Part shown: positions 20,136 through 30,205 of the stretch, piece after piece | Layout of the letters: the number at the start of each line of letters is the position of its first letter | Numbering within the stretch: position 1 is the first letter of the stretch | From: Planctomycetota bacterium | GTDB lineage: Bacteria; Planctomycetota; UBA1135; GCA-002686595 | Direction of reading: 5' to 3' | DNA: 64,000 bases | NCBI GenBank assembly: GCA_023150475.1 | Contig: JAKLKU010000009.1 | Span: 75,375-139,374 of the forward strand | Position numbers and translations under genes: made by a program | The notes under the pieces: model-generated | Database searches by the model: none | Told to the model about the DNA's origin: nothing | What the model saw: only the letters and a program-made list of their open reading frames with translations

Positions 20136-22172
20136 TTGGGTCACGCCCCTGCACCCGCACCCACGCCGGCACCGACGGCCGAGCACAAGCCGTTCGTCGC
20201 GCCCGAGCAGAACCTGCCGGAGTTCACGCCGAAGGCCGTGATCTTCGGCGCGATCTTCGGAATCCTCTTCGGCGCCGCGACCGTGTACCTCGCGCTGAAG
20301 GCGGGGTTGACCGTTTCGGCGTCGATCCCGATCGCTGTGCTGTCGATCTCGGTGCTGCGCGCCTTCGGGCGGCCGACGATCCTCGAGAACAACATCGTGC
20401 AGACGATCGGCTCCGCCGGTGAGTCGGTGGCGGCCGGCGTCGCTTTCACGATCCCGGCGTTGCTCTTCCTGTCGCCGGGCGCGAACGGCGAGGCGTTCTT
20501 CGAGTACGCGCAGATCATGACGCTCGCCGCGGTCGGCGGGATCCTCGGCGTGCTGTTCATGGTGCCGTTGCGTCGCTCGTTGATCGTCGGCGAGCACGGC
20601 ACGTTGCCCTACCCGGAAGGCACGGCGTGCGCCGAAGTGCTCGTCGCCGGCGAGAAGGGCGGCAACATGGCGAAGCTCGTCTTCCAGGGCGTCGGCATCG
20701 GGGCCGTCTACAACGTGCTCATGAAGTGCTTCGCGTTCTGGAAGGAAGCACCTGCGTACGTCAGTGCGAAGACGGCGACTCTGCCCAACGCGACCGTCGC
20801 CGGCGAGCCGACGGCCGAGTACCTCGGCGTCGGCTACATCCTCGGGCCGCGCGTCGGCGGGATCATGGTCTCGGGCGCGATCCTGTCGTGGATCGTGTTG
20901 ATCCCGTTGCTCTCGCTGCTCGTGCCCGAATCCGAGCTCAACGCCGCGCTGGCCGCTCTGGGCCGCAGCGACGAGTGGATCGCCTCGACCGGCGGCCCGC
21001 GCAAGGTGTACGAAGCGTACGTGCGGTACATCGGCGCGGGCGCCGTGACGATGGCCGGCATCATCACGCTCGTGAAGACTTCGCCGACGATCGTGCGCGC
21101 GATCCGCGAGTCGGCGTCCGCGATGACGAAGAGCAAGTCGGGCGCCGGAACCGTGAAACGCACCGACCGCGACATCCCGATCTGGGTGGTGGGGGCCGGC
21201 GCCGTGCTGTTGGTCGGTGTGCTCGTCGCGCTGCCGCTCTTGCCGGGTGGTTTCACCGGCAAGCTCGCGATGGCCGTGTTGATGATCGTCTTCGGCTTCC
21301 TCTTCGTGACCGTGAGCTCGCGGATCGTCGGCATCATCGGTTCGTCGTCGAACCCGATCTCCGGGATGACGATCGCCACGCTGCTCGGCACCGCGCTCGT
21401 GTTCCTCGCGCTCGGTCTCGGCGGCGAAGCGAACCAACCCGTCGCGTTGTGCGTCGGCGCGATCGTGTGCATCGCCGCGGCGAACGCCGGAGCGACCAGC
21501 CAAGACCTGAAGACCGGCTTCCTGGTCGGCGCCACGCCGATCCGCCAGCAGATCGGCCTCGTCGTCGGCGTGCTCGCTTCGGTGCTCGCGATCGGGTTCA
21601 CGATCAAGATGCTCGACACCAGCATGGCGCCGGAGGGCATGGCTCACGGCATCGGCTCGGAGAAGCTGCCTGCGCCGCAAGCGACCCTGATGGCGACCGT
21701 CATCAAGGGCGTTCTCGCGCAGAACCTGCCGTGGGGTTACATCCTGGTCGGCGCGGGGCTCGCGGTCGCGGTGTTCCTGCTCGGCGTCTCGCCGCTCGCC
21801 TGGGCGGTCGGCGCGTATCTGCCGTTCCAGACGTCGTTCACGATCTTCCTCGGCGGCCTGCTGCGCGGCGCCATCGACAAGAAGCGCGGAGCCGCTGCGG
21901 AAAGCGATGTCAGTCCGGGCATGTTGTACGCGACCGGCTTGGTCGCGGGCGGCGCACTGACCGGCGTCGTCGTCGGCGCGCTCTATGGCGTCGACATCGT
22001 CGACGAAGGCAAGGAGAAGTCCTTGATCGCGTACTTGTCGGGCCCCGGCGAGCGCTTCCAGCACTGGCTCTCGCAGTACGGCACGTACACGCCCGACCTC
22101 GTGTCGACCGGCATGTTCTGCGTGCTCGGATACCTGCTCTACCGTGCGGCGATGAAGAAGAGCGAAGCGTGA
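20136..22172 (+). CDS. OPT family oligopeptide transporter (paralogue 1)
   Basis: TTG start preceded by GAGGAGGAG (20124-20132). 'EFTPKAVIFGAIFGILFGAATVYLALKAGLTVSASIPIAVLS', 'NIVQTIGSAGESVAAG', 'ISGMTIATLL' and 'SQDLKTGFLVGATP'. Many TM segments. Confidence 0.85.
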   Translation: MGHAPAPAPTPAPTAEHKPFVAPEQNLPEFTPKAVIFGAIFGILFGAATVYLALKAGLTVSASIPIAVLSISVLRAFGRPTILENNIVQTIGSAGESVAAGVAFTIPALLFLSPGANGEAFFEYAQIMTLAAVGGILGVLFMVPLRRSLIVGEHGTLPYPEGTACAEVLVAGEKGGNMAKLVFQGVGIGAVYNVLMKCFAFWKEAPAYVSAKTATLPNATVAGEPTAEYLGVGYILGPRVGGIMVSGAILSWIVLIPLLSLLVPESELNAALAALGRSDEWIASTGGPRKVYEAYVRYIGAGAVTMAGIITLVKTSPTIVRAIRESASAMTKSKSGAGTVKRTDRDIPIWVVGAGAVLLVGVLVALPLLPGGFTGKLAMAVLMIVFGFLFVTVSSRIVGIIGSSSNPISGMTIATLLGTALVFLALGLGGEANQPVALCVGAIVCIAAANAGATSQDLKTGFLVGATPIRQQIGLVVGVLASVLAIGFTIKMLDTSMAPEGMAHGIGSEKLPAPQATLMATVIKGVLAQNLPWGYILVGAGLAVAVFLLGVSPLAWAVGAYLPFQTSFTIFLGGLLRGAIDKKRGAAAESDVSPGMLYATGLVAGGALTGVVVGALYGVDIVDEGKEKSLIAYLSGPGERFQHWLSQYGTYTPDLVSTGMFCVLGYLLYRAAMKKSEA

Positions 22173-22185
22173 GCGCGCGCCGCTC

Positions 22186-24354
22186 GTGAGCGAGACGGCT
22201 TCGAGCTTCCAACCCGCAGTGCCGGCGCACGAGAGTGCGCCGGAGTTGACGCTTCGCGCCGTCGCGCTCGGAGCGTTGCTCGGCATCGTGTTCGGCGCGG
22301 CGTCGACGTACCTCGCGTTGCGCGTCGGGCTCACGACGAGCGCGTCGGTGCCGATCGCGGTGCTCGCGATCTGGGCGATCAAGAAACGCCGCGACCAACG
22401 CGCGATCCTCGAGCACAACATCGTGCAGACCACGGGCTCGGCCGGCGAGTCGGTCGCGTCCGCGGTCGTGTTCACGGTGCCGGCGTTGATCTTCCTCGGC
22501 TTCCCGCTCCAGGTCGGGCTGACGACGTTGATCGCGGCGACCGGCGGGATGCTCGGCGTCTTGATGATGGTGCCGCTGCGGCGCTACTTGATCGTCAAGG
22601 AGCACGGCAAGCTCCGTTACCCGGAAGGCAAGGCTTGCGCGGAGATCCTGCAGGCGGGCGAGAAGGGCGGCACGTCGGCTTCGAAGGTCTTCTACGGGCT
22701 CGGCATCGGCGTCGCGTTCAAGGCGGTCCAAGCGATCTTCAACGGCGTCAAAGCGTCGATCTCGGTGCCGCTCGCCGGCTTCAAGGGAGCGGTCGTCGGT
22801 TGCGACGTCGCGCCGGAGCTCCTCGGCGTCGGCTACATCATCGGCTACCGCACGTCGGTGATCATGGTCGCGGGCAGTCTGCTCGCGTCGTTCATCCTGA
22901 TCCCGTTGATCCTGTGGATCGGCGCGGCGTCGGACGTGATCGTCGCGCCGGGCGCGGTGCCGATCCGCGACATGACCCCCGACGACGTGTGGGACGCGTA
23001 CGTGCGGCACATCGGCGCGGGCGCGGTCGCGGCGGGCGGCATCTTCGCGCTCTTGCGCGCGTTGCCGGCGATCGTCTCGTCGCTCTCGGCGTCGGCGAAG
23101 TCGCTCTTCGGCGGCGGTGGCGCGGGTTCCGTGCTGCGCACCGAGCGCGACACGCCGCTCCCGGTGCTCGTGCTCGGCGCGCTCGCGATCGTCGGGTTCG
23201 TGTGGCTCGTGCCGACGTTCGAGATGAACTTGATGGGAGCCGCGCTGATCCTGGTGCTCGGTTTCCTCTTCGCCGTGGTGAGCTCGCGGATCACCGGCGA
23301 AGTCGGTTCGTCGTCGTGCCCGTTGTCGGGCATGACGATCGGCGTGCTGATGGCGACGTGCGGGCTCTTCCTCCTGCGCGGCTTCGAAGGCGCGGAGTAC
23401 AGCCGGCTCGCGCTGATGATCGGCGCCGTGATCTGCATCGCGATCTCGAACGCCGGCACCTGCTCGCAGGACCTGAAGACCGGCTTCCTCGTCGGCGCGA
23501 CGCCGGTGAAGCAGCAGGGCGCGCTGCTGGTCGGCGTGCTCACCAGCGTGCTCGCCGTCGGTTGGACCGCGTACGCGTTGAACCTCTCCGAGACGACGGA
23601 AGAGCCGCTCGCGCAGCCGTTCCCCGTCGCGTCCGCGCTCTGGCAGGACGCCGAGAGCATCACGAGCATCACGGCGAGCGACCCGACCGAGTACCGCTTC
23701 GTGCGACTGACGGCGAGCGACGTGCCGACCGGAGTGCCCGAAGGCATCTACCTCGTCGATCCGACGAGCGGCGAAGCCGAGATCCGCCGGCTCGACGGCA
23801 TCGGCGCGGGCAAGCTGCGCGCGCCGCAGGCGAAGCTGATGTCGGTGGTGATCGACGGGCTCCTGACGCACAAGCTGCCGTGGGACCTGATCCTGCTCGG
23901 CGTCGCGATCGCGGTGTTCGTCGAGCTCCTCGGCTTCAACGCGCTGACGTTCGCGGTCGGCGTGTACTTGCCGCTCGCGGGCACGTTGCCGGTCTTCCTC
24001 GGCGGCCTTGCGCGCAAGCTCGCGGATCGGCGTTACCGGCGACCCGCCGACGCCGAGGACGAGCCCGAAGGCACGCTCTTCTCCAGCGGCCTGATCGCCG
24101 GCGCGTCGATCCTCGGCATCGTCGCGGCGTTGCTCACGTTCGTGCCCGGCTACGACCGCGACCACGGGTGGTTGCCGGCGCTCGCGATCCCCGAGTTCTT
24201 CGCGTCGACCGACGCGGCGGGTGAGAAGGTCTTTCCGGAGTTCTTCTCGAGCGACCTCGCCGCCGCGTGCCTGCTCGGCCTGCTCGTCTTCCTGATCGTC
24301 CGCGCGGCGGCCGGATCCGGTGCGGGCGCGAAGCCGGGAGACGGTCCCGGCTAG
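22186..24354 (+). CDS. OPT family oligopeptide transporter (paralogue 2, with enlarged loop)
   Basis: Same conserved blocks as paralogue 1: 'ELTLRAVALGALLGIVFGAASTYLALRVGLTTSASVPIAVLA', 'NIVQTTGSAGESVASA', 'LSGMTIGVLM' and 'SQDLKTGFLVGATP'. Starts 13 nt after paralogue 1. Confidence 0.85.
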   Translation: MSETASSFQPAVPAHESAPELTLRAVALGALLGIVFGAASTYLALRVGLTTSASVPIAVLAIWAIKKRRDQRAILEHNIVQTTGSAGESVASAVVFTVPALIFLGFPLQVGLTTLIAATGGMLGVLMMVPLRRYLIVKEHGKLRYPEGKACAEILQAGEKGGTSASKVFYGLGIGVAFKAVQAIFNGVKASISVPLAGFKGAVVGCDVAPELLGVGYIIGYRTSVIMVAGSLLASFILIPLILWIGAASDVIVAPGAVPIRDMTPDDVWDAYVRHIGAGAVAAGGIFALLRALPAIVSSLSASAKSLFGGGGAGSVLRTERDTPLPVLVLGALAIVGFVWLVPTFEMNLMGAALILVLGFLFAVVSSRITGEVGSSSCPLSGMTIGVLMATCGLFLLRGFEGAEYSRLALMIGAVICIAISNAGTCSQDLKTGFLVGATPVKQQGALLVGVLTSVLAVGWTAYALNLSETTEEPLAQPFPVASALWQDAESITSITASDPTEYRFVRLTASDVPTGVPEGIYLVDPTSGEAEIRRLDGIGAGKLRAPQAKLMSVVIDGLLTHKLPWDLILLGVAIAVFVELLGFNALTFAVGVYLPLAGTLPVFLGGLARKLADRRYRRPADAEDEPEGTLFSSGLIAGASILGIVAALLTFVPGYDRDHGWLPALAIPEFFASTDAAGEKVFPEFFSSDLAAACLLGLLVFLIVRAAAGSGAGAKPGDGPG

Positions 24355-24393
24355 TTCCTCCGGCGCGGCCGTGGGGCATACTAGTAGGCCCCG

Positions 24394-25335
24394 ATGTCCG
24401 CGCCGCGCCTTTCGATCCTCCTGCCGACCTACAACGGCGCCGACGATCTCGAGCGGCTCCTGCCGGCGCTCGCGGCGCAGAAGGTCGACGGCGGCTTCGA
24501 GATCTGCGCGATCGATTCGAGCTCGACCGACCGCACGCGCGAGTTGCTCGCCGCCGCCGGCGCGTCGATCGAAGTGATCCAGAAGAGCGAGTTCCGCCAC
24601 GGCGCCACGCGCAACCGTTGCGCATTGCGTGCGCGCGGCGAGCTGCTCGTCTTCCTGTCGCAGGACGTCGTCCCCGAAGGCACGCGCTTCCTCGCCGAAC
24701 TCGCGAACGCGTTCGCCGATCCGCGCACCGCGGGGGCGTACGGTCGGGTGCTGCCGTTCGAAAGCGACGATCCGCTGACCGCGCGCACCGTGCTCGACCT
24801 CCCCGAGGCCGAAGAACGCGAGCTCGTCCGCGACCTCGACCACGTCGGCGGCCTCCACGAGCTCTCCGGCACCGAGCGCGCCGAGTTCGTGCGCTTCAAC
24901 AACGTCGCGAGCGCGATCCGCGCGGACGTGTTCCGCAAGCTGCCGTTCCCCGACATCGCGTTCGGCGAGGACTTCGCGTGGGCGGCGCGCGCGTTGACCG
25001 CCGGCTGGCGCATCCGCTTCGTGCCGAAGGCGATCGCGCGCCACGCGCACCACTATTCACCGGCGAAGGCGTACGAGCGTTATCGCGTCGACGCGGCGTT
25101 CCACCGGCTCGTGCACGGCCACCGGCTGCGGCCGACGCTCGCGTCGGTCGCGCGCGGGTTCGCCTACGAAGTCGCGGCGGACGCGCGTTATCTCGCGCGC
25201 ACCGAGCGCCGCGGCAAGTGGAGCGGTTTCCTGCGCTCGCCGATCCTGCGCGGCGCTCAGGTGCTCGGTCAGTGGGTGGGCAGTCACGGCTACGCCGGCG
25301 GGCCGCGCGGCGAAGCGACCGGCCGCATGCGTTGA
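24394..25335 (+). CDS. Family 2 glycosyltransferase (rhamnosyltransferase-like)
   Basis: 'RLSILLPTYNGADDLERLLPAL', 'IDSSSTDRT', 'HGATRNRC', 'LLVFLSQDVVP' and 'FGEDFAWA'. Paralogous to the GT2 modules of the next gene. Confidence 0.8.
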   Translation: MSAPRLSILLPTYNGADDLERLLPALAAQKVDGGFEICAIDSSSTDRTRELLAAAGASIEVIQKSEFRHGATRNRCALRARGELLVFLSQDVVPEGTRFLAELANAFADPRTAGAYGRVLPFESDDPLTARTVLDLPEAEERELVRDLDHVGGLHELSGTERAEFVRFNNVASAIRADVFRKLPFPDIAFGEDFAWAARALTAGWRIRFVPKAIARHAHHYSPAKAYERYRVDAAFHRLVHGHRLRPTLASVARGFAYEVAADARYLARTERRGKWSGFLRSPILRGAQVLGQWVGSHGYAGGPRGEATGRMR

Positions 25336-25399
25336 GGCGAGGCCCGAATCGCCCCGTCGAGCTTCCTCCTCCGAGCCACCGTCCCGCGTTGTCGCAGCG

Positions 25400-28300
25400 A
25401 TGTCCCGCGTCCAATCGATCTCGATCCACTTGCCGACGTTGAACGGCGAGGCGTTCCTCGAGCGCGTGCTCGCCGCGCTCGCCGCGCAACGTTGCGACGT
25501 GCCGTGGGACCTCTTCGTCGTCGACTCGGGCTCGACCGACCGCACGCTCGCGATCCTCGAGGACTTCCGCGCGCGTTTCCCGGTGCCGTTCTCGATCGAG
25601 CGCATCCACGCACTCGAGTTCGACCACGGAGACACTCGCAACCGACTCGCTTCGCGTTCGCAGGGCGAGCTCCTGGTCTTCCTTACGCAGGACGCGATCC
25701 CGAGTTCGCCCGACTGGCTCGCACGCCTCGCGCGCAACTTCGAGGATCCGCGGGTCGCCGCGGCGTACTGCCGCAACGTGCCGCGGCCGGACGCGGAGCG
25801 ATTGACGCGCATTCTGAGCGCCGCCGATCCGGGCTATGCGAGCGAACGCCGCGAAGTGCGCTTGCCGCCCGCCGAAGAGTACGCGCGGCTGGATCCGCAC
25901 GCGAAGCGGCTGCTGTACAACTTCAACGACGTCGCGTCGGCGCTGCGGCGGTCCGTGTGGGAGCTCTGTCCGTTCGCGCGCACCGAGTTCGGCGAGGACC
26001 TGCTGCTCGCCCGAGCGCTGCTCGAAGCCGGACACACGCTCGTCTACGACGCGGAAGCGACCGTCGAGCACAGCCACGACTACGGTCCGGTCGAGCTCGG
26101 CCGCCGAGCGGAGATCGACGCGCGCTTCAACGCCGAATGGCTCGACCGGATCTGCGTCGCGAGCGAGAAGGACGCGCGCACGTTGACCGACCGGTTCGTC
26201 GCGAGCGATCGTGAAGCGCTCGCCGCGTCGGGCCTCTCCGGGACGGAGCTCGAGCAGGAAGTCGAACGCGCGCGGCGCTTGCGCACGGCGCTCTTCGACG
26301 GGCTCTGGCGCGGCGGCGCGTCGCGCGTGCGCCGGCCGAAGCCGCGGATGCTGGAGCGCAAGGACCTCTCGGTGCTGTTCGTCGTCCACGGCTTCCCGCC
26401 GGAGACGTGGGCCGGCACCGAGGTGTACACGCTGACGCTCGCCAAGGAGCTCGCTCGCCGCGGCCAGAAAGTCGCGGTGCTCGCGCGCAGCGCGCCGAAA
26501 CTCTCGCCGTCGGAAGGCGGGCCCGCGGACTTCGCGCTGTCGCGCGAGACGTTCGAGGGGCTGACCGTCTGGCGTCTCGCGCATCGGCTCGACCACCAGA
26601 GCCTGCGCGACACGTACGCGCATCCGGAAGTCGAGCTCGGCTTCGAGCGCGTGCTCGCCGAGCAACGACCGGACGTCGTCCACTTCCAACACCTCTTGCA
26701 CTTGTCGGCGGGTTTGATCGGCCTCGCGCAACGCCACGGCGCCGCGAGCGTGCTGACGCTCAACGACTACTGGGGTCTCTGCGCGCGTGTGCAGCTCGTG
26801 CGCCCCGACGGCGTGCGCTGCGAGGAACCGCAGGGCCTCGGTTGCCTCGTGTGCGTCAAGAACAAGGACTACTCGAGCATCGAACGCGCGAAGGAGCTCT
26901 ATCCGCTCGCGAAGCCGCTGGTGAAGCTCGCCGAATTCGCGCTCGCCGTGCCGAAACTCCCGAGCGTCAAGCTCGAACGGATCCTGCACAAGCGCCGTGT
27001 GAAGCTCGGGCGGTGGGCGCGCGCGTACCGCGACGTGCAGGCGCGGCCCGACGTCGTGCTCGGTGCGATGGCGAGCGCGGACCTCGTGATCGGTCCGAGC
27101 CGGTTCCTGCGCGAGAAGTACTTGGCGAGCGGCCGTTTCGACTCACGGCGCTTCTTGTACTCGGACTACGGGATGGTCACCGACCATCTGCACGCGCTCG
27201 AGAAGACGCACGACCCGCAGGGTGCCGTCCGCTTCGGCTACGTGGGCTCGCTCGTCTGGTACAAGGGCGTCGACGTGCTCGTGCGCGCGATCGCGAGCCT
27301 GCCCGAGAGCGCGAACGCGAAGCTCGCGATCTTCGGCGCGTTCGACCCTGCGCGCGATCCGTACCACGCGGAGCTCGCGGACCTCGCCGCCCGAGCGGCG
27401 CCGGGACGCGTCGTGTTCCGCGGCCGCTTCGAGAACGCGAAGCTCGCGGAGGTCTATCGCGAGATCGACGTGCTCGTCGTCCCGTCGGTGTGGTTCGAGA
27501 ATTCGCCGCTGACGATCCACGAAGCGTTCCTGCTCTCGACCCCGGTCGTGACGAGCGACATCGGCGGCATGAAGGAGCTCGTGCGCGACGGCGTCGACGG
27601 TCTGCACTTCAAGGTCGGCGACGCCGCCGATCTCGCGACGAAGCTCGCGCGTTTCGTCGCCGAGCCCGATCTCGTCGCGCGGCTCTCACGCGACTTCCCG
27701 CGCATCAAGACGATCGCGGAGGACGCGATGGACATGGAATGGCGCTATCGCGGACTCGTCGCGTTGCGCCCGCCGAACGTGAGGCCGCAGGCGGCCGCCG
27801 GGGCGGCGACGACGACGCCCGCCGTGCTCCGCGGCAACGGCGTGCACGGTTCCGCCGGGCCCTCCGAGCGCGTAAGCTCTCCCGCCCCTTCCGCGATGCG
27901 ACCGCTCCGCTCGATCTCGGTGTTGATGCCGACGTGGCAAGGGGAAGAGTTCCTCGAGCGCGTGCTCGCGGCCCTTGCCGGCCAGCGCTGCAAGTTCGCG
28001 TGGGACTTCCTCGCGATCGACTCGGGCTCGACCGACCGCACGCTCGCGATCCTCGCAGCGTGGCGGGAGCGTTTCCCGGTGCCGCTGCGCATCGAAGCGA
28101 TCCACAAGTGCGAGTTCGACCACGGCGACACGCGCAACTTGCTCGCGTCGCGCTGCGACGGCGACTTGCTCGTCTTCCTGACGCAGGACGCGATCCCGAG
28201 CTCTCCAGAGTGGCTCGAAACGCTCGCCGCGAACTTCGCGGACGAGCACGTCGGCGCGGCCTACTGCCGCAACGTGCCGCGGCCGGACGCGGAGCTCCTG

Positions 28301-30205
28301 ACGCGGGTCTTCAGCGAGACCGATCCCGGCTACACGCCCGGGCGGCGCGAAGTGCGCCTGCCGCCGAAGGACGCGTACGCGCGGCTTGGACCGCACGAGC
28401 GCCGCTTGCTCTACAACTTCAACGACGTCGCGTCGGCAGTGAGGCGCGAGCTCTGGGAACGCCATCCGTTCCCACGCGCCGAATTCGGCGAGGACCTGCT
28501 GATGGCGCGCGCGGTGCTCGAGGCGGGCTACACGGTCGTGTACGACGACCGCGCGACCGTCGAGCACAGCCACGACTACACTCCGGCGCAGATGCGCGCT
28601 CGTGCCGCGATCGACGCGAAGTTCAACGTCGAGTGGCTCGAGCGCGTGTGCGTCGGCTCGGAGAGCGATGCGCGGATCCTGACCGAGCGCCAGCTCGTGC
28701 GCGATCGTGAGGCGCTCACTGCGACGGGCCTCTCGGGCAACGCGCTCGACGCGGAGCTCGGCCGCGCGAAAGCGCTGCGCGAGGCGGCGTTCTTCGGGCT
28801 CCACGAAGGTGGGCTCTCGAAGCGGCGGCACGCGCCGACCCGGATGCTCGGCCGCACGAGCCTGCACGTGCTCTTCGTGGTGCACGGTTTCCCGCCGGAC
28901 ACCTGGGCGGGCACCGAGGTGTACACGCTGAACCTCGCGCGCGAGCTCGTGAAGCTCGGCCATCGGTGCACCGTGCTCACGCGTGCGCCGGCGAAGCAGA
29001 GCGTCGCGGACGGCGGCCCCGCGGATTTTTCGCTCGAGCCGAGCGAGTTCGAAGGTCTGCGCGTCTGGCGCATGACGCATCGTCTGCAGCACGAGAACCT
29101 GCGGCAGACCTACGACCAACCGAAGGCGGTCGCGGCGTTCCGCGAAGTGCTGCTGCGCGAGAAGCCGGACGTCGTGCACTTCCAGCACCTGATCCACCTG
29201 TCGGCCGGGCTCGTCAAGCTCGCGCGCGAGTTCGGGCTGCCGACGGTGCTGCACTGCCACGATTACTGGGCGATCTGCTCGCGCGTGCAGTTGATCCGCC
29301 CCGACGGCGAGCGCTGCGAGGAGAACCAAGGCGCGGGCTGCTTCGCGTGCATCAAGGACCGCGACCTCTCCTTCATCGGCCGCATGCACGAATGGGGGAC
29401 GCGCGCGCACGGGCTCGTCGACGAACTCGCGCGGCTCGAGCACCGCGGTCAACCGATGGCGGAGAAGAGCCGCGCGCGGTGGGAAGGCTTCGGCGACTTG
29501 ATGGCGCGCCAGGAGTTCGTGCTCGACGCGTACGCGGCGGCCGACTTGCGCATCAGCCCGAGTCGATTCTTGCGCGACAAACTGCTCGCGACGGGACGGT
29601 TCGAGCCGCACACGACGCTCTACTCCGACAACGGCACGCGCACGGACCTCGTCCGCGCGTTGGCGAAGCGCCCCGATCCCGCAGGGCGCGTGCGTTTCGG
29701 GTTCGTCGGCTCGCTGGTCTGGTACAAGGGCGGCAAGGTGCTGATCGAGGCGCTGAACCGGCTCGCCGGCCGGCCGTGCGTGCTGCACGTGTGGGGCGAC
29801 TTCAAGCCGGAGAGCGATCCGCATCACGCCGAACTCGCCGCGCTCGCGCGTTCGAGGAACGTCGAGTTCCACGGCCGTTTCGACAATCCGCGGCTCGCCG
29901 AGGTCTACGCCGACATCGACGTCCTGATCGTGCCGTCGCTCTGGTTCGAGAACTCGCCGATCACGATCAAAGAAGCGTTCCTCTTCCGGACCCCGGTGGT
30001 GACGAGCGACATCGGCGGCATGCGCGAGTTCGTCCGCGACGGCGTCGACGGACTGCACTTCGCCGTCGGCGACGCCGAGGACCTCGCGCGCAAGCTCGCA
30101 CGCTTCCTCGACGAGCCCGACCTCGCCGCGCGGCTCTCGCGCGACTTCCCGCGCGTCAAGACGATCGAGGAGAACGCACGCGAGATCGAGTTCCGCTACC
30201 GCTCG
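25400..30205 (+). repeat. Tandem in-frame duplication of a ~2.4-kb GT2-GT4 coding module (module 1 ~25400-27750, module 2 27896-~30205)
   Basis: Hand alignment of translated modules gives 101 identical positions in a 141-residue stretch starting at 'SISIHLPT...' versus 'SISVLMPT...'. Similarity continues through the GT4 halves. Confidence 0.85.
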
